Of a DNA stretch of 32,000 nt, positions 27,857 through 32,000 are shown piece after piece; position 1 is the first letter of the stretch; each line of letters starts with the position of its first letter. The position numbers and the translations under genes are program-made. The DNA is from Delftia acidovorans NBRC 14950 (GTDB lineage: Bacteria; Pseudomonadota; Gammaproteobacteria; Burkholderiales; Burkholderiaceae_C): assembly GCF_001598795.1 (NCBI RefSeq), contig NZ_BCZP01000028.1, forward strand, positions 38,287 to 70,286, given 5' to 3'. The notes beneath the pieces were generated by a model, which was not told the origin of the DNA, did no database searches, and was given only the letters and a program-made list of their open reading frames with translations.

Positions 27857-27862
27857 ACAGCG

Positions 27863-29356
27863 ATGGAAAAAAGTTCTGGCAATGCGCCGGCCCTGGGTAC
27901 AGACATCCGCCCGGAGGACGAGCAACTCGGCCTCACGGCCAACACCCTCTATGGTTTGCAGCATGTGCTGACCATGTACGGAGGCATCGTGGCCGTGCCC
28001 CTGGTCATGGCCAATGCGGCCGGCATGTCGGCGGCCGACACGGGCCTGCTGATCACGGCCTGCCTTTTCATGGGCGGGCTGGCCACGCTGCTGCAGACGC
28101 TGGGCATTCCGTTCTTCGGCTCGCGCCTGCCGCTGGTGCAGGGCGTGTCCTTCTCTGGCGTGGCCACCATGGTCAGCATCCTGCACACGGGCGGCGGCAT
28201 GCAGGGCGTGCTGGGCGCCGTGCTCTTTGCCTCGGTATTCGGCCTGATCATTGCGCCCATTTTTTCCAAGCTCACCCGGTTTTTCCCGCCGCTGGTCAAT
28301 GGCTGCGTGATCACCATCATCGGCCTGTCGCTGATGCCGGTGGCGGCTCACTGGGCCATGGGCGGCAATCCCCAGGCGGCCGACTACGGCAGCATGGGCA
28401 ACATCGGGCTGGCGGGCCTGTCGCTGGTCATCGTGCTGGCACTGAGCAAGCTGGGCAACGCCATGATCTCGCGCCTGTCCATCCTGCTGGCCATCGTCAT
28501 CGGCACTGCGGTTGCGGCCATGATCGGCAAGTCCGACTTTTCCGAGGTGGGCAGCGGCGCCTGGTTCGCCGTGCCCATGCCGCTGCACTTCGGCTGGCCG
28601 ACCTTCAGCCTGGCGGCGACCCTTTCCATGTCCATCGTGATCCTGGTGACCCTGGTGGAAACCTCGGCCGACATCCTGGCCGTGGGCGACATCGTTGGCA
28701 CCCGCGTGGATTCGCGCCGCCTGGCCGACGGCCTGCGCGCCGACATGCTGTCCAGCGTGGTGGCGCCGTTCTTCGGCTCGTTCACGCAGAGCGCCTTTGC
28801 CCAGAACGTGGGCCTGGTCGCGGTCACGGGCATCAAGAGCCGCTATGTGGTGGCGTTCAGCGGGCTGATCCTGATCGCCTTCGGCCTGCTGCCCATCATG
28901 GGGCGCATCGTGGCCTGCGTGCCGCCCTCGGTGCTGGGCGGCGCGGGCCTGGTGCTCTTTGGCACGGTGGCGGCCAGCGGCATCCGCACGCTGGCCAAGG
29001 TGGACTATCACAACAACATGAACCTGATCATCGTGGCGGCGTCCATCGGCATGGGCGTGCTGCCCATGGTCAAGCCGGACTTCTATCACCACTTCCCGGA
29101 CTGGTTCGCCACCATGTTCCATTCGGGCATCAGCTCCACGGCGGTGACCGTGCTGCTGCTGAACCTTGTCTTCAACCACTTCAAGCAGGGCAACCCCGAG
29201 GAGCCTTCGGTGTTCGGCGCAGGTTCTGAGCGCGTGCTCAGCGAGGCCGTGCTGTCTGCCCTGGCCGATGGCGACCGGGTGGTCGACGGCAAGCTCTATG
29301 ACCGCGAGGGCAAGGAAGTGGCCACGGTGTCGGCGCCTGCGGCTGCCATGCACTGA
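27863..29356 (+). CDS. Nucleobase:cation symporter-2 (NCS2/NAT) family permease (xanthine/uric acid/uracil-type)
   Basis: Track ORF 27662..29356. The start is set at ATG 27863 (MEKSSGNAPALGTD...LYGLQHVLTMYGGIVAVPLV), with AAGGAG 6 nt upstream. The NAT signature FAQNVGLVAVTGIKSR is present, with 12 or more hydrophobic helices. Confidence 0.88.
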   Translation: MEKSSGNAPALGTDIRPEDEQLGLTANTLYGLQHVLTMYGGIVAVPLVMANAAGMSAADTGLLITACLFMGGLATLLQTLGIPFFGSRLPLVQGVSFSGVATMVSILHTGGGMQGVLGAVLFASVFGLIIAPIFSKLTRFFPPLVNGCVITIIGLSLMPVAAHWAMGGNPQAADYGSMGNIGLAGLSLVIVLALSKLGNAMISRLSILLAIVIGTAVAAMIGKSDFSEVGSGAWFAVPMPLHFGWPTFSLAATLSMSIVILVTLVETSADILAVGDIVGTRVDSRRLADGLRADMLSSVVAPFFGSFTQSAFAQNVGLVAVTGIKSRYVVAFSGLILIAFGLLPIMGRIVACVPPSVLGGAGLVLFGTVAASGIRTLAKVDYHNNMNLIIVAASIGMGVLPMVKPDFYHHFPDWFATMFHSGISSTAVTVLLLNLVFNHFKQGNPEEPSVFGAGSERVLSEAVLSALADGDRVVDGKLYDREGKEVATVSAPAAAMH

Positions 29357-29391
29357 CGGCCGCACCCGCACCAGCGCCAGCGCCTGGATGC

Positions 29392-29428
29392 AAAAGGCCC
29401 GCCCTGGTTGACAGGGCGGGCCTTTTTT
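29392..29428. terminator. Bidirectional rho-independent terminator between the convergent permease and glnD genes
   Basis: AAAAGGCCCGCCCTG (29392-29406), loop GTTGA, CAGGGCGGGCCTTTT (29412-29426), then TT. The 15-bp stem is perfect. Confidence 0.85.
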
Positions 29429-29438
29429 CGCCACAAGT

Positions 29439-32000
29439 TCAGACCGCCAAGGCCTGCAGCAGCTCGGTTTCTATGAGCAGCTGGCGCTGGTTGTTCTGCA
29501 GTTCGGCGCCCTCGATCAGAAAGCTGTCTTCCACGCGCTCGCCCAGCGTGCTGACCTTGGCCAATTGCACGCTCAGGTGGTGCTGGGCCAGGATGCGCGC
29601 CACGGTGTAGAGCAGGCCGGCGCGGTCCGTGGCCGAGATGGACAGCAGCCAGTGCTGTGCTTTCTCGTCGGGCTGCAGCGTGACGCGCGGCGCAAAGGGG
29701 AAGCTTTTGACGCGGCGCGACAGGCGCCGGGGGGATGGCTCGCGCAGCGGCCCGCCCTGCATCAGCGCGGCGACCAGGTCGTTCTCGACCATGTGCATCA
29801 GCTCGCGGTACTGCTCCTGCATGGCGGGCGCGACCACCTGGAAGGTGTCCAGCGCATAGCTGTTGTGGGCCGTGTGCACGCGCGCATCCAGAATGGAGAA
29901 GGCCGCCCGGTCGAAGTAGCCGCAGATGCGCGCGAACAGATCGGGCTGGTCAGGCGCGTAGACCAGCACCTGCAGCCCCTCGCCGGCCAGGGAGCGGCGC
30001 GCGCGCACCACGGGGCGGGTGGTGCCCACGTGGCGCGACAGGTGGCGCGTGTGCCAGGCGATGTCGGCCGCCTCGTGGCGCATGAAATAGTCCACGCCCA
30101 GCGTGTCCCAGAGCTTCTTGTGCGATTCGAAGGGCTGGGCTGTCAGTGCCAGCTGCACCAGGGCCTCGCGGCGGCGGGCCTCGATTTCGGCGGCTGCATC
30201 GGGCGCGCGTCCGCCCATGACGCGCAAGGTCAGGCGATAGGTGTCCTCCAGCAGCTTGCCCTTCCAGGCGCTCCAGACCTTGGGGCTGGTGCCGCGGATG
30301 TCGGCCACGGTCAGCAGGTACAGGGCCGTGAGGTTGCGCTCGTTGCCCACGCGCTCGGCAAAGGCCTGGATCACCTCGGGGTCCGACAGATCCTGCTTTT
30401 GCGCGACCTGGCTCATGGTCAGGTGCTCGCGCACGAGGAATTCGATCAGCTCGGCGTCGGCGCGCGCAATGCCGTGGGCGCGGCAAAAACGCTTGGCCTC
30501 CACGGCGCCGATGATGGAGTGGTCTCCACCCCGGCCCTTGCCGATGTCGTGGAACAGCGCGGCCACGTACAGCAGCCAGGGCTTGTCCCAGCCGCTGGCC
30601 AGCTGGGAGCAGAACGGGTACTCATGCGCATGCTCGGCCATGAAAAAGCGCCGCACATTGCGCAGCACCATGAGGATGTGCTGGTCCACCGTGTAGACGT
30701 GGAACAGGTCATGCTGCATCTGGCCCACGATGCGCCGGAACGGCCAAAGGTAGCGCCCCAGCACCGAGGTCTGGTTCATCAGCCGCATGGCGTGCGTGAT
30801 GCCGCTGGGCTGCTGCAGGATCTTCATGAAGGTGGCGCGGTTGACCGGGTCGCGCCGGAAGGCCGCGTCCATCAGGTCACGCGCGCCGTACAGCGCGCGC
30901 AGCGTGCGCGCCGACAGGTCGGTGAGGCCCACATGGGTCTCGTACATCAGAAAGGTTTCGAGGATGGCGTGCGGCTCGCGCTCGTAGAGATCGTCGCTGG
31001 CCACCTCGATGGTGCCGGCCTTCTCGTAGAAGCGCGAGTTCAGCCGGATGCGCGGCGTGGGTCGCGGGTTCAGCCGCTCCTCGATGTTCAGCCGCAGGAT
31101 CTGGCACAGCTGGGTCACGGCCTTGGCCGCCCAGTAGTAGTGGCGCATCAGCGTCTCGCTGGCGCGCATGGCCAGCTTGCGCCCCTCGGCCGAGGTGGAG
31201 CGGTAGCCAAAGGCCTCGGCCACGGCGGTCTGCTGGTCGAAGACCAGGCGGTCCTCATGCCGGCCCGCCACCGCATGCAGGCGAGCCCGTATCAGGCTCA
31301 GCAGGGCTTCGTTGTCTTCGAGCTGCCGGCGCTCGAAATCGGTGATCAACCCCTTGCCGGCCAGGGCCTGCCAGCTGCTGCCCAGGCCTGCGGCACGGGC
31401 CAGCCAGATCATGGTGTGCAGATCGCGCAGGCCGCCGGGCGATTCCTTGCAGTTGGGCTCCAGCGAGTAGGGCGTGCTCTCGTACTTGTTGTGGCGCTGG
31501 CGCATTTCCAGCAGCTTGCCGGACAGAAAGGCGTGCGCATTCATCTGGGCCTGGTAGCGCGTCTGGAACTCGGCGAACAGCGGCTCGCTGCCGCAGATGC
31601 GGCGTGATTCCAGCAGGGCGGTCTGCACCGTCAGGTCGCGCTCGGATTCCTCCAGGCATTCGGCCAGCGTGCGCACGCTGGAGCCGATCTCCAGGCCCGC
31701 GTCCCAGCAACTGCCGATGAATTTCTCGATGCGCGAGGCCAGCTCGGCATCTGCCGTGCCAGCGGCTGGCAGCAGCACCAGCACGTCGATGTCGGAATAG
31801 GGAAACAGCTGGGCGCGCCCGAAGCCGCCCACGGCGGCCAGGCAGGCCTCGGGCGGCATGCCGGCGCGATGCCACAGCGCGCGCAGCAGCGTGTCGGCCA
31901 GATCGCTCAGGTGCTGCAGCACCAGGCGCACGCCGCGCCGGCCCATGGTGGGCGCCAGCAGCGAGCCTATCCAGCGCCCGCGATCCCGGGCGTACTGCAC
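29439..32000 (-). CDS. glnD: [Protein-PII] uridylyltransferase/uridylyl-removing enzyme; N-terminus outside the window
   Basis: 853 codons are open to the window edge. The nucleotidyltransferase motif [19 protein letters not shown] and the HD domain [14 protein letters not shown] are present. The two C-terminal ACT-like segments are [22 protein letters not shown] and [22 protein letters not shown]. Confidence 0.95.
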   Translation of the reverse strand: MQYARDRGRWIGSLLAPTMGRRGVRLVLQHLSDLADTLLRALWHRAGMPPEACLAAVGGFGRAQLFPYSDIDVLVLLPAAGTADAELASRIEKFIGSCWDAGLEIGSSVRTLAECLEESERDLTVQTALLESRRICGSEPLFAEFQTRYQAQMNAHAFLSGKLLEMRQRHNKYESTPYSLEPNCKESPGGLRDLHTMIWLARAAGLGSSWQALAGKGLITDFERRQLEDNEALLSLIRARLHAVAGRHEDRLVFDQQTAVAEAFGYRSTSAEGRKLAMRASETLMRHYYWAAKAVTQLCQILRLNIEERLNPRPTPRIRLNSRFYEKAGTIEVASDDLYEREPHAILETFLMYETHVGLTDLSARTLRALYGARDLMDAAFRRDPVNRATFMKILQQPSGITHAMRLMNQTSVLGRYLWPFRRIVGQMQHDLFHVYTVDQHILMVLRNVRRFFMAEHAHEYPFCSQLASGWDKPWLLYVAALFHDIGKGRGGDHSIIGAVEAKRFCRAHGIARADAELIEFLVREHLTMSQVAQKQDLSDPEVIQAFAERVGNERNLTALYLLTVADIRGTSPKVWSAWKGKLLEDTYRLTLRVMGGRAPDAAAEIEARRREALVQLALTAQPFESHKKLWDTLGVDYFMRHEAADIAWHTRHLSRHVGTTRPVVRARRSLAGEGLQVLVYAPDQPDLFARICGYFDRAAFSILDARVHTAHNSYALDTFQVVAPAMQEQYRELMHMVENDLVAALMQGGPLREPSPRRLSRRVKSFPFAPRVTLQPDEKAQHWLLSISATDRAGLLYTVARILAQHHLSVQLAKVSTLGERVEDSFLIEGAELQNNQRQLLIETELLQALAV

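Noticed and set aside
27761-29434. A 557-aa minus-strand ORF antisense to the NCS2 permease
   Set aside because: It is a shadow ORF. The plus frame carries the NAT signature and 12 or more TM helices.
29565-31607. A 680-aa plus-strand ORF antisense to glnD
   Set aside because: It is a shadow ORF. The minus frame carries the GlnD NTase, HD and ACT motifs.

Overview
High-GC (about two-thirds G+C by eye) chromosomal core region. Gene content and order (ilvI-ilvH-ilvC-pssA-leuA, nadE-glnB, an ECF sigma/DUF3619/DUF3106/RDD cluster, aat-bpt, glnD) fit a Burkholderiales/Comamonadaceae-type betaproteobacterium. That placement is an inference and cannot be checked here. I call 30 conventional protein genes, two of them cut by the window edges, plus one candidate 17-codon leader ORF. 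There are also three identical tandem tRNA-Asn(GTT) genes and about a dozen clear rho-independent terminators. I recognised no transposase, integrase, phage, CRISPR, toxin-antitoxin or known defence genes, so this looks like ordinary housekeeping DNA rather than an accessory island. Five points deserve follow-up. (1) A leucine-rich leader ORF (MQYLSLALLLMSNGQRQ, three rare CTA codons) plus a terminator hairpin sits upstream of the first of two tandem, evolutionarily distinct 2-isopropylmalate synthase genes. (2) A tightly packed, functionally uncharacterised envelope-signalling-like cluster runs ECF sigma - DUF3619 - DUF3106 - RDD (then dgkA and LOG), and its DUF3106 protein carries repeated CpxP-like L[TS]xx[QE] motifs. 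(3) A 289-bp structured leader with an SD-sequestering alternative hairpin and a perfect 12-bp palindrome lies upstream of an NCS2 nucleobase permease. (4) Two tandem MCP paralogs end in xWxxF pentapeptides on long Pro/Ala tethers, separated by an unexplained spacer of roughly 420 bp beyond the first gene's terminator (492 bp stop to start). (5) nadE-glnB are linked, with glnD in the same window. The many long ORFs antisense to real genes in the track are high-GC shadow ORFs and are rejected. Start codons were chosen by homology-like N-termini and SD positions, so several are uncertain.
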